A DNA stretch of 64,000 nucleotides from Macrostomum lignano (taxonomy: Eukaryota). Made by a program: the position numbers and the translations under genes. The notes beneath the pieces were generated by a model, which saw only the letters and a program-made list of their open reading frames with translations, ran no database searches and was not told the origin of the DNA. The stretch's first letter is position 1, and the number at the start of each line of letters is the position of its first letter. The stretch is from the NCBI GenBank assembly GCA_002269645.1, contig NIVC01000480.1, positions 1 to 64,000 on the forward strand. Direction: 5' to 3'. This document shows positions 40,164 to 52,555 of the stretch, one piece after another.

Positions 40164-43123
40164 ATGGCTCTCGAACGAGGGAAAAATCTTAGCGATGAAG
40201 TCGATCAATTAGCTGGTAAGAGAATCTTATTAAATATATGTTTGAATGGACTCACTCATGAACTCACTCATGAACTCACTCATGAACTCACTCATGAACT
40301 CACTGATGTCTCACTCATAAACTCACTCATGAACTCAATCATGAACTCACTAATGTCTCACTCATGAACTCACTCATGAACTCACTCATGAACTCACTCA
40401 TGAACTCAATCATGAACTCAATTGTAAACTTACTCATGAACTCACTCATGAACTCACTCATGAACTCACTCATAAACTCAATCATGAACTCAATCATGAA
40501 CTCAATTGTAAACTTACTCATGAACTCACTCATGAACTCACTCATGAACTCACTCATGAACTCACTCATGAACTCACTCATAAACTCACTCATGGACTCA
40601 CTCATGAACTCACTCATGAACTCACTCATGAACTCACTCATGAACTCACTCATGAACTCACTCATGAACTCACTCATGAACTCACTCATGAACTCACTCA
40701 TGAACTCACTCATGAACTCACTAATGTCTCACTCATGAACTCACTCATGAACTCACTCATGAACTCACTCATGAACTCACTCATGAACTCACTCATGAAC
40801 TCACTCATGAACTCACTCATGAACTCACTAATGTCTCACTCATGAACTCACTCATGAACTCAATCATGAACTCAATTGTAAACTTACTCATGAACTCACT
40901 CATAAACTCATTCATGAACTCACTCATAAACTCACTCATAAAGTCACTCGTGAACTAACTCACTCATTCATGAACTTTCTCATGGACTCATTCATGAACT
41001 TTCTCATGGACTCATTCATGAACTTTCTCATGGACTCATTCATGAACTTGCTCATGGACTTATCCATGAACTCATTCATGAACTCACACATAAACTCACT
41101 CATAAACTCACTCATAAACTCACTCCGTCCTTGCCCTTCACTATTCTTCATATGCCACTGTAAAAAACATTAATTTAATAAACAATCTTCTTATCAATTT
41201 TTACAAGCAAGCGCTGGGCACCTGTAAACAGTTCAAATATTTGATACTGAGTTGTCAAAACGAATTAGCTAAATGCTGTCCTATTACGACGTATTAGAAA
41301 TGAACACCAGCGGTCCCCCACAATGACTCATGACGCAAAAATTCCGCTGTATACAATTTTCGTCCGTATTACACTCCTGTGCTCACTATACTGTCCAGTT
41401 TTTTATTGCTTCAAGATTAAAAACAGAAACATTTTTCGAGTATTAGTCAGACAGATAGCGCGAGAGTTGGGGGCGGTAGCCGTAGCTGAAGGATACGGGA
41501 GAAGGATGTAGTAAAATTAAACTTGCTAAAGTTAAAAAAAATTCCATAATAAAATTTCTGCAGATAAACATCCAAAAGCGCTCCCGACTCCACCGCCACT
41601 GATCTCGTCGACTGACATGCAGCTGTTGTCAACCTACCTGAGATTTTGGCAGCAGTATTTACCTCTGATGATTTCCAATGCGCAGATGCCCCAGCTTCAT
41701 CAGTTGATGCAGCCAGAATTGCGGCAGCATCAGTGGCATCAACAGCCTTCAAAACGATTTGATTTTAGTCGGCTGGCTCAGTCTTGCAGCGAGTCTGTAA
41801 AAAGCGTCGATACGTCTTGCTCATCGTCTTCAACATCGTCATCAGCTCAGCTGCCGCGGCCGCAACATCCGTTGTTGGACACCGGTTTGGTTAAAAAACC
41901 TCGCGGAAGGTAAATTGAGTCTGGGAAATCTGGGATCAAGTGGGAAAGGTTTGGAAGATCAAGTAAGAGGTGAACTGTGAATATGCTGAGGACCTAAATG
42001 GAAGCAAACCACCCTGGAAGATTTGGAGGTCATCCAATGACTTTTGAAGAATCTGAGGTCATCCAATGACTTCCGAAGAACTGGAGGTCATCCAATGACT
42101 TCCGAAGAACCAGAGATCATCCAATGAGTTCTGAAGAATCTGGGGTCATCCAATGAGTTCTGAAGAATCTGGGGTCATCCAATGAGTTCTGAAGAATCGG
42201 TGGTCATCCAATGACTTCTGAAGAATTGGAGATCATCCAATGACTTCTGAGGAGCCGGAGGTCATTCGTTGACTTCTGAAGAATCGGTGGTCATCCAATG
42301 ACTTCTGAGGAGCCGGAGGTCATCCAATGAGTTCTGAAGAACCGGAGATCATCCAATGACTTCTAAAGAATTGGAGATCATCCAATGACTTCTGAGGAGC
42401 CGGAGGTCATTCGTTGACTTCTGAAGAATCGGTGGTCATCCAATGACTTCTGAGGAGCCGGAGGTCATCCAATGAGTTCTGAAGAACCGGAGATCATCCA
42501 ATGACTTCTAAAGAATTGGAGATCATCCAATGACTTCTGAGGAGCCGGAGGTCATCCAATGAGTTCTGAAGAACCGGAGATCATCCAATGGCCTCTAAAG
42601 AAACGGAGATCATCCATTGACTTCTGATGTATCGGAGATCATCCAATGAGTTCTGAAGATTTAGAAGTCATTCACTGATTTCTGATGGGCACTAATGTAG
42701 GGTTTTGTGCTGACTTCTGTGGAATCGTAGCCTAGTGGTTGGTTTGCATCTTTAAACTTGGCAGTTAACAATTGCTACTAACACCAAACCCAAAACCAAT
42801 GATCAAACCTGATAAATGCGTCAATTCCCATTCCCAGAAGCCGCAAAGAATACGTGTGCCGTCACTGCAGCCGCCGGTTCACGAAGTCCTACAACCAGCT
42901 CATCCACGAGCGCACTCACACAGACGAACGGCCATTTCCTTGCGACGTGTGCGGCAAAGCGTTCCGTCGTCGCGACCATCTGCGCGATCACAGCTACGTG
43001 CACAGCAAGAACAAACCGTACGTTTGTCCCGTCTGCGGCAAAGGCTTCTGCCAGTCGAGGACGCAGAAGGTGCACACAGCGGTCTGTTGCGCTGCGGCGG
43101 GGGCGTCGTTATCTAGTGGGTGA
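40164..43123 (+). CDS. odd: odd-skipped family C2H2 zinc-finger transcription factor (~227 aa)
   Basis: Exon 42838-43123 encodes [74 protein letters not shown], the diagnostic odd/Osr finger array. Exon 41564-41909 contains the RFDFSRLA motif and joins in phase 2. First exon 40164-40215 is phase-compatible but tentative. The symbol denotes the family, not a specific paralogue. Confidence 0.9.
40250..41125. repeat. Inverted copy of the 12-bp family (ACTCATGAACTC)n
   Basis: Reverse complement of the 35475-36200 unit; lies in the putative odd intron 1. Confidence 0.95.
42025..42660. repeat. 29-bp minisatellite GGTCATCCAATGA(C/G)TTCTGAAGAA(T/C)CGGA
   Basis: Lies in odd intron 41910-42837. Confidence 0.9.
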
Positions 43124-43212
43124 GTTTGTCAGAATTTGAGCCCTATTGTGTAATTATTGGTTTCCCAATCTTACATGTACATTTGACGCAACTTTCTAAA
43201 ATCTTTTAAACA

Positions 43213-45002
43213 CTGCCTCTCCGCTCACTCAGTCAGTGAGAATCTGCCTCTCCGCTCACTCAGTCAGTAAGAATCTGCCTCTCCGCTCAACTCAGTCATT
43301 GAGAATCTGCCTCTCCGCTCACTCAGTCAGTGAGAATCTGCCTCTCCGCTCACTCAGTCAGTGAGAATCTGCCTCTCCGCTCAACTCAGTCAGTGAGAAT
43401 CTGCTTCTCCGCTCACTCAGTCAGTGAGAATCTGCCTCTCCGCTCACTCAGTCAGTGAGAATCTGCCTCTCCGCTCACTCAGTCAGTGAGAATCTGCCTC
43501 TCCGCTCACTCAGTCAGTGAGAATCTGCCTCTCCGCTCACTCAGTCAGTGAGAATCTGCCTCTCCGCTCACTCAGTCAGTGAGAATCTGCCTCTCCGCTC
43601 AACTCAGTCATTGAGAATCTGCCTCTCCGCTCACTCAGTCAGTGAGAATCTGCCTCTCCGCTCACTCAGTCAGTGAGAATCTGCCTCTCCGCTCAACTCA
43701 GTCATTGAGAATCTGCCTCTCCGCTCACTCAGTCATTGAGAATCTGCCTCTCCGCTCAACTCAGTCATTGAGAATCTGCCTCTCCGCTCACTCAGTCATT
43801 GAGAATCTGCCTCTCCGCTCACTCAGTCATTGAGAATCTGCCTCTCCGCTCAACTCAGTCATTGAGAATCTGCCTCTCCGCTCACTCAGTCAGTGAGAAT
43901 CTGCCTCTCCGCTCACTCAGTCATTGAGAATCTGCCTCTCCGCTCAACTCAGTCATTGAAAATCTGCCTCTCCGCTCACTCAGTCACTGAGAATCTGCCT
44001 CTCCGATCACTCAGTCATTGAGAATCTGCTTCTCCGATCACTCAGTCATTGAGAATCTGCCTCTCTGCTCACTCAGTCATTGAGAATCTGCCTCTCCGCT
44101 CACTCAGTCACTGAGAATCTGCCTCTCCGATCACTCAGTCATTGAGAATCTGCTTCTCCGATCACTCAGTCATTGAGAATCTGCTTCTCCGCTCACTCAG
44201 TCAGTGAGAATAGGCCTCTCCGCTCACTCAGTCACTGAGAATCTGCCTCTCCGCTCACACAGTCAGTGAGAATCTGCCTCTCCGATCACTCAGTCATTGA
44301 GAATCTGCCTCTCCGCTCACTCAGTCATTGAGAATCTGCCTCTCCGCTCACTCAGTCAGTGAGAATCTGCCTCTCCGCTCACTCAGTCATTGAGAATCTG
44401 CCTCTCCGCTCACACAGTCAGTGAGAATCTGCCTCTCCGCTCACTCAGTCAGTGAGAATAGGCCTCTCCGCTCACTCAGTCAGTGAGAATCTGCCTCTCC
44501 GCTCACTCAGTCACTGAGAATCTGCCTCTCCGATCACTCAGTCAATGAGAATCTGCCTCTCCGCTCACTCAGTCAGTGAGAATCTGCCTCTCCGCTCACT
44601 CAGTCATTGAGAATCTGCCTCTCCGCTCACACAGTCAGTGAGAATCTGCCTCTCCGCTCACTCAGTCAGTGAGAATAGGCCTCTCCGCTCACTCAGTCAG
44701 TGAGAATCTGCCTCTCCGCTCACTCAGTCACTGAGAATCTGCCTCTCCGATCACTCAGTCAATGAGAATCTGCCTCTCCGCTCACTCAGTCAGTGAGAAT
44801 CTGCCTCTCCGCTCACTCAGTCAGTGAGAATCTGCCTCTCCGCTCACTCAGTCACTGAGAATCTGCCTCTCCGATCACTCAGTCAATGAGAATCTGCCTC
44901 TCCGCTCACTCAGTCAGTGAGAATCTGCCTCTCCGCTCACTCAGTCAGTGAGAATCTGCCTCTCCGCTCACTCAGTCAGTGAGAATCTGCCTCTCCGCTC
45001 AC
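43213..45002. repeat. 31-bp minisatellite GAGAATCTGCCTCTCCGCTCACTCAGTCA(G/T)T
   Basis: About 57 units. Confidence 0.97.
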
Positions 45003-45698
45003 TTGTGGCAACTGTAAATATTCTAAACCAGGGCAGGTGGCAGCGCTATATTAGGTAGCAGGCAATGGAGGCCACTAAATTACCTACTGCGTACTACTTT
45101 AGAATGGAGATGCAATCACAATTCTGATTTCATTCACGGTCAGTCTGATGGTCGAATATAGCCAAAACGTTGCTAAAAAGAGAATTTTAACCACACTAAG
45201 GTTAGCAACAGCAGACGGCGGTGTAAGTTGCTGTATTGAATTAAATAGACGATCGAATGCTGCGATAATATTAGCACTTATTTGCAACCGAAATTGAAGC
45301 TATTTAGATCGAGGTTACATGTCAATAAATTACAGAAATTATTTAATGCTTGTATTCGGTTTATGGACATTAAGTATACAATTGCAGTTTGCGCCAGGCC
45401 AACTTTGAGTTAAGTTAAGAACCTTTTTAGAGCGATGTCCGCGTTGCCGATACTATTTTAAGCTACTTGATAATTTGAATAGCCATTAAAATGCTGTTTA
45501 CGGCTACAAATGTATTTAGATGCTAAATTAATGTATTTAACAAAAAGATGAAAAGCAAACCCTTAATCCTTTTCAGGTCGATTTAGTTTACTGCCAGAAA
45601 GTCGAGCCTTGGAACTGCGTGACTGATTTTTGTAACTAAAACAACGTAGCTATTCAAGAGAACAGTGAATTAAATTTACTTTTGGATATAAGTGCATC

Positions 45699-46687
45699 CA
45701 GGGGCGTCGCCATGGATTTTATGGTGGGGGTCGAAAAGCCAACGAATCTCTTAATGTACAGGGCTAAATTCCTACATGTACATTATTTTGAGAATCGGTG
45801 TTGTTAGCGCTCATTTTAGCGCCGCAGGCACTCATTTTGGCGCCGCAGGCACTCATTTTGGCGCCGCAGGCAGACACTCATTTTGGCGCCGCAGGCACTC
45901 ATTTTGGCGCCGCAGGCACTCATTTTGGCGCCGCAGGCACTCATTTTGGCGCCGCAGGCACTCATTTTGGCGCCGCAGACACTAATTTTGGCGCCGCAGG
46001 CAGACACTAATTTTGGCGCCGCAGGCAGGCACTCATTTTGGCGCTGCAGGCACTCATTTTGGCGCTGCAGGCACTCATTTTGGCGCCGCAGGCAGACACT
46101 CATTTTGGCGCCGCAGGCACTCATTTTGGCGCCGCAGGCACTCATTTTGGCGCCGCAGGCACTCATTTTGGCGCCGCAGACACTAATTTTGGCGCCGCAG
46201 GCACTCATTTTGGCGCCGCAGACACTAATTTTGGCGCCGCAGGCACTCATTTTGGCGCCGCAGACACTAATTTTGGCGCCGCAGGCACTCATTTTGGCGC
46301 CGCAGACACTAATTTTGGCGCCGCAGGCAGACACTAATTTTGGCGCCGCAGGCAGGCACTCATTTTGGCGCTGCAGGCACTCATTTTGGCGCCGCAGGCA
46401 GGCACTCATTTTGGCGCCACAGGCAGGCACTCATTTTGGCGCCGCAGGCACTCATTTTAGCGCCGCAGGCAGGCACTCATTTCGGCGCCGCAGGCAGGCA
46501 CTCATTTTGGCGCCGCAGGCAGACACTCATTTCGGCACCGCAGGCACTCATTTTGGCGCCTTGAAGCAATACTAACTATTGATTCCCACAAAGTGGGGGT
46601 GGGGGGACAGAGCATTGGCATGCCCCCCATAGCTTTTACTGAGGGGGGGGGACGGACATGCCCCCCCCCCAGTGGCGACGCCCCACG
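45699..46687. mobile_element. hAT-type MITE carrying an expanded 21-bp satellite (CACTCATTTTGGCGCCGCAGG)
   Basis: Terminal inverted repeats GGGGCGTCGCCA (45701) and TGGCGACGCCCC (ending 46684); degenerate 8-bp TSD agtgcatc/attgcata; internal array 45812-46560. Confidence 0.75.
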
Positions 46688-47092
46688 ATTGCATATCATT
46701 TAGACAGTATATGCGGAGTTGCAGTCAACAAAATTTCAAAATAGAATCATCTCTGTTTGTTTTAATAACCGCCGTTGAAAAAAGCTTATTGTTGATTTGT
46801 TTTAAGTCAGTATAACACTTATCGTACTGCTTAATTTATTCTTCCTGCATGTCTAGGTCGCTTTTTTTATAAGCGATTAAATAAGTCGTGCCAAACTTTT
46901 ATTTATATACTTGTATATTCTTTGAAACATTAATTAGGCCAATAAAGTCGTTGATTTTGTGCTGGTGTAAATCAATTGATTTCATTGATCCAGCCGGTAT
47001 TATCTTGCTGTATACTGCAAACTGAAAAGAATTAATTACTATACTGACAGTATATAATCAAATTAGCTATTTTATATACTTTTATACCGGTT

Positions 47093-47400
47093 GGGGGTAG
47101 TAGCCTAGTTGGTTAAGAGCCTTGTCGGATTCACGACTCGAAGGTCGGGGGTTCGATCCCCGACCCCATTCGGATCGGAACAATTTGTGTCCTTGAGCAA
47201 GACACACTTAACTCTGCATTGCTTCAGTTCACCCAGCTGTAAAATGGGTGCCAGCATTAGCTGGGGTAATTGAGGATGTGTGGCGACCCCCAGCAGTCCT
47301 TGGACTGAACAGCCGTACGCAGCCTTCAGATGCGCTGCGCAATAGCTGCGGCTGAGCTGTCGGTTGCACATCTGGCCCAAAGGTGTAATCAATTATTGTT
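47093..47400 (+). mobile_element. tRNA-derived CORE-like SINE
   Basis: Pol III A box TAGCCTAGTTGG and B box GGTTCGATCCC, then TGTGTCCTTGAGCAAGACACTTAAC..CTGTAAAATGGG resembling the MIR/CORE domain, and an AT-rich tail. Confidence 0.85.
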
Positions 47401-48169
47401 ATTTTTACTATTATTTTATAGCTACTATATAAATGCAGTCTATAAAAAAGCAAATAGACTGCATTAGCTAAAGCCTATAAAACATTGCTTGGACACACAC
47501 ACACACAGAAGCTACTGTTGTGTTGAGCTGTCCTCAATAATAGTTGCCATGCATGAAGCCTATCATGAAGTAGCTAGTTCCTTATCAGCCGTGCAATTCT
47601 GCGGGTCCCCAACTGCACCATTTTGTTCTGTAGCTGCAGTATGAACTGGTCTTTATCGCCACCAAGGCCCAGTAATACATAAATATAATGCTTAAAAAAG
47701 CAACTGTCTGCGAAGCAACAAGAGCACAGAACGATCTGAATTTTGCCAGTTTGCCTATCTTTGACTGACAGCTCGAGCTGGAGATATGATCAGACTGCAT
47801 GCAGTGTCGCGCGAAACGTGCACAAATGCGTAAACTCTCTTTCGATTCGTCGTCTGGAGCTGCTGTTTTTTTTTTTGGTTTCGTGCTGGTTTGCTATAAA
47901 ACTACTGTATTTTAACTAAACAGCTCCTGGAGGGAAAAAGCAACAATTTTCTTAAGTTCAAATTGCCGGCCATAGCTATACATGTATACGCATTTGGTAA
48001 AGATGAAGAATAGTTCCTGGAACTGACAACGAAACGGGACAGAATTTCAAGAAAGTTTGGCATGAAAGTCAGCAAGAAAAGAGCAAGACAATTTAGCTAA
48101 TTGTCCCAGGGAATGATGAAGACAAAGTCAGGCTAGGGATTGTGATTGATGTAGCTGTACCAGGGAGCG

Positions 48170-49425
48170 TGTTTAGAATTGCCACCTCGATCAACTGTCG
48201 CACTCTTAAATCTGCTTGGAGGAGAATGCTGGCGCAGCTGGCATCGGATCTGCAGCTGGACATTGTAATGCTAGAGGTGTCAGTTCTGACGCAAGACGGC
48301 TTCTAACGTGAGGATCTCGGCGCCGGCTGGATCCTGTTTTTCACCTCTGCGGATATTCGAGGAGGTGGAGCAGTCGGCGCTCTAGCCGGACCACGGTTGC
48401 AGCGGAGTGTCTGGTGTGTCGCTGTGTCACCTCGGCTGCTGTGTGTGGATGTGAGGCTGCAAGGCCGTAACGGTCTGCTTTTCTGCGCGTACAGTATGCA
48501 CCGACAGCTGCCCATCAGCTCGAGGCACAGGAGTTCTTTCATTTCCTGTCGGAGCAGCTCGAGTCAGTCGCAATGCGTGACAACCTGGTGGTGCTTGGCG
48601 ATCTCAGTGCTGTCGCGGAGAGATCCCAGCGCTCTATCTTTGTGTCCCCGCGCCAGAATGGCAACTCAATACTGCGCTTACTCGATACTCCCGATACGTC
48701 GCGGCATGATCTGGTGTCGGCCAATACGCGTTTTCGCAAGCCAGCTTTTAGATTGTCAACCTTTGCCAGCTGTAAGCGAAGGAAGCGGAACGCACGTTGA
48801 AACGCCACGATTTGCCGGGCCAAGCTCGACCACATTCTATTTCTCTACCGCGAAATCAGACGGGTGACAGTCTGCGACACGATGGCCCCGCTGTCCATCC
48901 AATCCGGACCACTGCCTGCTTTTCTGCAACCTTCGCACCCGGGACACGCTCTACAGGCCGCCCAAGCGACCCCCACGCCGCTACTACAGGGCTCTGCGAG
49001 ACTCCAGCACCCGCGGCTGGTTCACCTGTCTTCGCCGCCGAGTCCGCGAGCACTGGCAACTATTCCGAAATAAGCGCGGCAGTCGCGACGGCAGCTAGCA
49101 AGACGCTGCCTCTGATAAAACCTGCAGCCCGTAGTCTCCCGGTCTGGGCGAATGACAAGGAGGTTCAGGAGGCGAGGTGAACAGTCGAGAGGCTGCTACG
49201 GACCAGGCGACCGTCGGCCAAGGCCGAGAAACCCTGGCGGACGCCTGCACCAAACGGCAGCAAGCCGCTGTTGACGATGCCATTCGAAGCGTCACCTCTG
49301 CGGGGCTCGACCAACGGAATCGGCACGTCTGGCCCACAATCAACGCCCTGACTGGCCGCACAAAGAAGACGGCACTGAACCTGACCAGCGATACACCAGT
49401 GGCGCGCAGAAACTCTCGGGTTCAT
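48170..49425 (+). mobile_element. Degenerate LINE (non-LTR retrotransposon) fragment: APE endonuclease plus linker, no RT
   Basis: Interrupted frames give RIATSINCRTL, LDIVML, GGGAVG, SPRLL, LLFCAYS, LVVLGDLSA and ANTRF, in APE motif order; stops and frameshifts are present. Confidence 0.75.
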
Positions 49426-50492
49426 TTTGATTTGTACACTAGGGAAGAAATAAAATATTACCGTCAATGAGGCCTCTTCAACACTCTATCTAGCTGTCTA
49501 AAAAGTTGTAATCTTGATGGATCTATGTTATTTAAACACTCTTAGATTATGTTAGCAGATTTTTCGTGATGCCAATTGGGTACCAAGACGTTTTCATTTT
49601 GATGTGACGTTCATCAAAGTAAATTTATTGTTTAAAACAACAATTTAAACTTCAATTTTAATAAATAATGGAAGAAGTTAGTGAATTGACCAGATGCACT
49701 GAATTTGTAAAAAATGTATTTTTATGTTAAAGAAAGTTAGTTTTAATTTATGATGATACATTTCCAAATTGTTCATATACGAGAAAAATGATACGAGCGT
49801 ACAATCGCGTTGCAAAATGACTACCCATAATAACGTGTAATATCATGTGGTTACACATCCACGTAAATACATAATTGCTTACAGTACATTCTGCATGAGA
49901 TCCTGTGTTTATTAATTGTCTTTTCGTTTCCTGAAGTCCTGCAATGTTTTGAAGTGAAATGTTTCAGTGGAACCCGAGTCATCAAGCGAAAACCTGAGCA
50001 AATAATATCAGATTATAAACACGTACCTGTTTAACTTCAGCAGGGAAGTCGTCAATGCGATCTTCAAAACACCTGAGGCAGAAACGTCGAACATAAAAAA
50101 TGGAGCAACCCTGAATGTAGATGAAATGAGAATTTCATACATTATATGCATAAATAGTACATAAATAATCATAAAAGCAGTCAATAGCAACATTGAGAAC
50201 TTTTATTGCACAATGATTGGTATATTTATTATGCCTTACACTTTGCATGCAAACGCTTCTATTACAAACAGAGCAGTTTGCACCGACCATGATACAGCTG
50301 CTACCTTCAGAAGTTTCAGGATCCTTGAGAAGATAGCAATCCTCCAGAAGTCTAAAATAAAATTGAGTACTTTGATTAAACGCTATAACATTTTAAGTTT
50401 AAAGGATATAATTCCGCAAATATTTTTCTGGTTTCTGCTAAAAACACCACAAATTATTCTTGTTAGTTCTACTAATAGTAGCAATATGCTAC

Positions 50493-50629
50493 CAGTGGCG
50501 CAGCCAGGAATTTTTTTCGCTGGGGGGGCATGATCAGCACCTGGAGGAGGGGTGTAATGAGAGGGGTTTCTTCGGAATTTCGGGGGGGGGGTTGTCTCCC
50601 GCGGGTCCACTGACTGCGCCACGCCACTG
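50493..50629. mobile_element. Short hAT-type MITE
   Basis: TIRs CAGTGGCGCAG(C)CAG and CTGACTGCGCCAC..CTG; flanks tatgctac and catgctac (right copy offset by a 6-bp microduplication). Confidence 0.65.
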
Positions 50630-50879
50630 CATCTGCATGCTACGAGTCTGACTTTAAAATGAATCGTAATGTTACTAAGACAAAGTAAATTTACCAACTA
50701 TCATCTCAGCTATGTTATTATGTGATACATGTAGAAGAAATAGATGTACCTGCATATACTTCGATGGAGTACCAAGTAGATATGAGGAAACAAAATCTGT
50801 GGCTAGGCATGTAAAATCCCCATTCGATGATACATAGAAGTCAAACTTAACTGCATGAAAACAGCTCCAAGCAATTGAT

Positions 50880-51311
50880 CATAGGCGTAGGAACGTTTCA
50901 AAAAGTGGGGTGGGGGCAGGTTCAGTGGGGGATTTAGGGGGGGGCGCACAGGGTGCACGCCCCCGTCGAGTTAGATTTTTTTAGATGGAAAATGCACATT
51001 ATCATGTACCGATTATTTTCAGAATCCGTCTTGTCGATCAGCACTCATTTTATAAAGCGCCGCAGGCACTCATTTTAGTGCCGCAGACCCACATTTTAGC
51101 GCTGCAGGCACTCATCTTGGCGCTACAGGCACTCATTTTGGCGCTGCAGGCGCTATGTTTTGTCGCCCTGCAGCAAAATGCATTCATGCAAAGTAGCAAG
51201 GAGTCTACATTATACATTTAATATGTGGGGGGTCAGATACCATTACTGCCCCCCCCCATTTTAAAAAGTGAGGGGGCATGGCCCCACTGGCCCCCCTTTC
51301 CGACGCCTATG
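50880..51311. mobile_element. hAT-type MITE with about 5 copies of the same 21-bp unit as 45699-46687
   Basis: TIRs CATAGGCGTAGGAA and TTCCGACGCCTATG; TSD caattgat/caatcgat (7/8 identical); internal GCACTCATTTTGGCGCTGCAGG units at about 51040-51150. Confidence 0.8.
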
Positions 51312-52555
51312 CAATCGATTAGCAAGGCTAACGGTTAAAAAAGAACCATTCACCAAAGAGACCCAAATTTTACACAATGCGATAAAAAAAATGTCCATCC
51401 ATGCCATGGGGAATATATTGTACAGTTTTGTTTTTGCTTCTAGTTGTATGTGCGGATATATTAGGCTAAAACAAAGTGCTGCTAAATAATGCTGTCATAA
51501 AGTCATTCAATTCGATTCATTCAGTTCAGATAGAGCATACTATAACTAAATGTGGTAGCACTTACTCCATTGATGCCTTTAAAAATCTAGCCTGCTTTCC
51601 AAATGATGAATATGGAAATTCGAGATCGCAAGAACAACATGTAAAATCAGGCATATCTCATATAATTTACGCTCGCGCTGTCTTTAGATAAATTTTAATT
51701 TAAATCTTAATCAGGTAAATTTGTTTATCAATCAAAATAGACTTTACAATTATTATTAATAGTATTATAGAATTTTAATATATTAATTAGTATTAATTGT
51801 GAATACTAACTCGATGCTAACTCAATTTAAAATAATGCAACAAAGTCAATCAAACGTCTTTAGAGCTAACTATCAATATATAATTTACACCAAGTTAATT
51901 TATTTTGGTTTTGGTAAAAATTGAAATTAGTCGGCCTTTTTTACTTGTGCAAAATAACTGTATTGGAATAAACAAAGTAACTTGATTTTAACTTGGTTTA
52001 GAAGGACATTACCATTCTTTTTGCTTTATTAGACTACAACTCAGTATTATTTTAAAATATATTGTAAGTAAACAAATAGTTAGTTGTCATTGCTAGAAAG
52101 AGGATAGAAATTGTCTGATGGAAGATGGACGAGCCCGATCCCAGTCGAGACATCATGACGACTGACGAGTCGGTCGACAATCGTGGTGGTAATTAGGGAC
52201 TACCATGTATATTAAAATAATAATCAATCCAGGCCTACCGGCCTGCTTCTCGCAACCACATTTCAAAAATATTAAGTGAAACTTTCTACCAATTTTCAAA
52301 ATCAGACTGACTGTTAGAGTCAGTTAGAGTTAGACTTACTTAGGCTTGCCTTAGGCCTACTCATAGCATAGCATAGCATCAGGTATTGAATATTGGGCAT
52401 ACTTGATCTTTGAAGCATTTTTATTAGTAAATAATAACCTTCAAAACATTGTATTTTATTTGGAAACTGAAAATAGGCCTACCTCATTAGGGCCTAATAG
52501 GAATAAAAATATATGCCTAAAAGTCAGTGGTGTAGACCATGACCACCACACACAA

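Noticed and set aside
45031-45161. Possible additional odd-skipped 3' exon after the 31-bp array
   Set aside because: It is phase-compatible but encodes no recognisable motif and has a weak polypyrimidine tract.
47093-47175. Possible tRNA gene
   Set aside because: It continues into a CORE-like body and AT tail rather than a T-run terminator, so it is called a SINE.
52125-52188. Possible first coding exon of the Sxl-like gene (MDEPDPSRDIMTTDESVDNRG)
   Set aside because: It is phase-compatible with the acceptor at 56295, but the donor (GTAATT) is modest and there is no homology support, so it is not included in the CDS.
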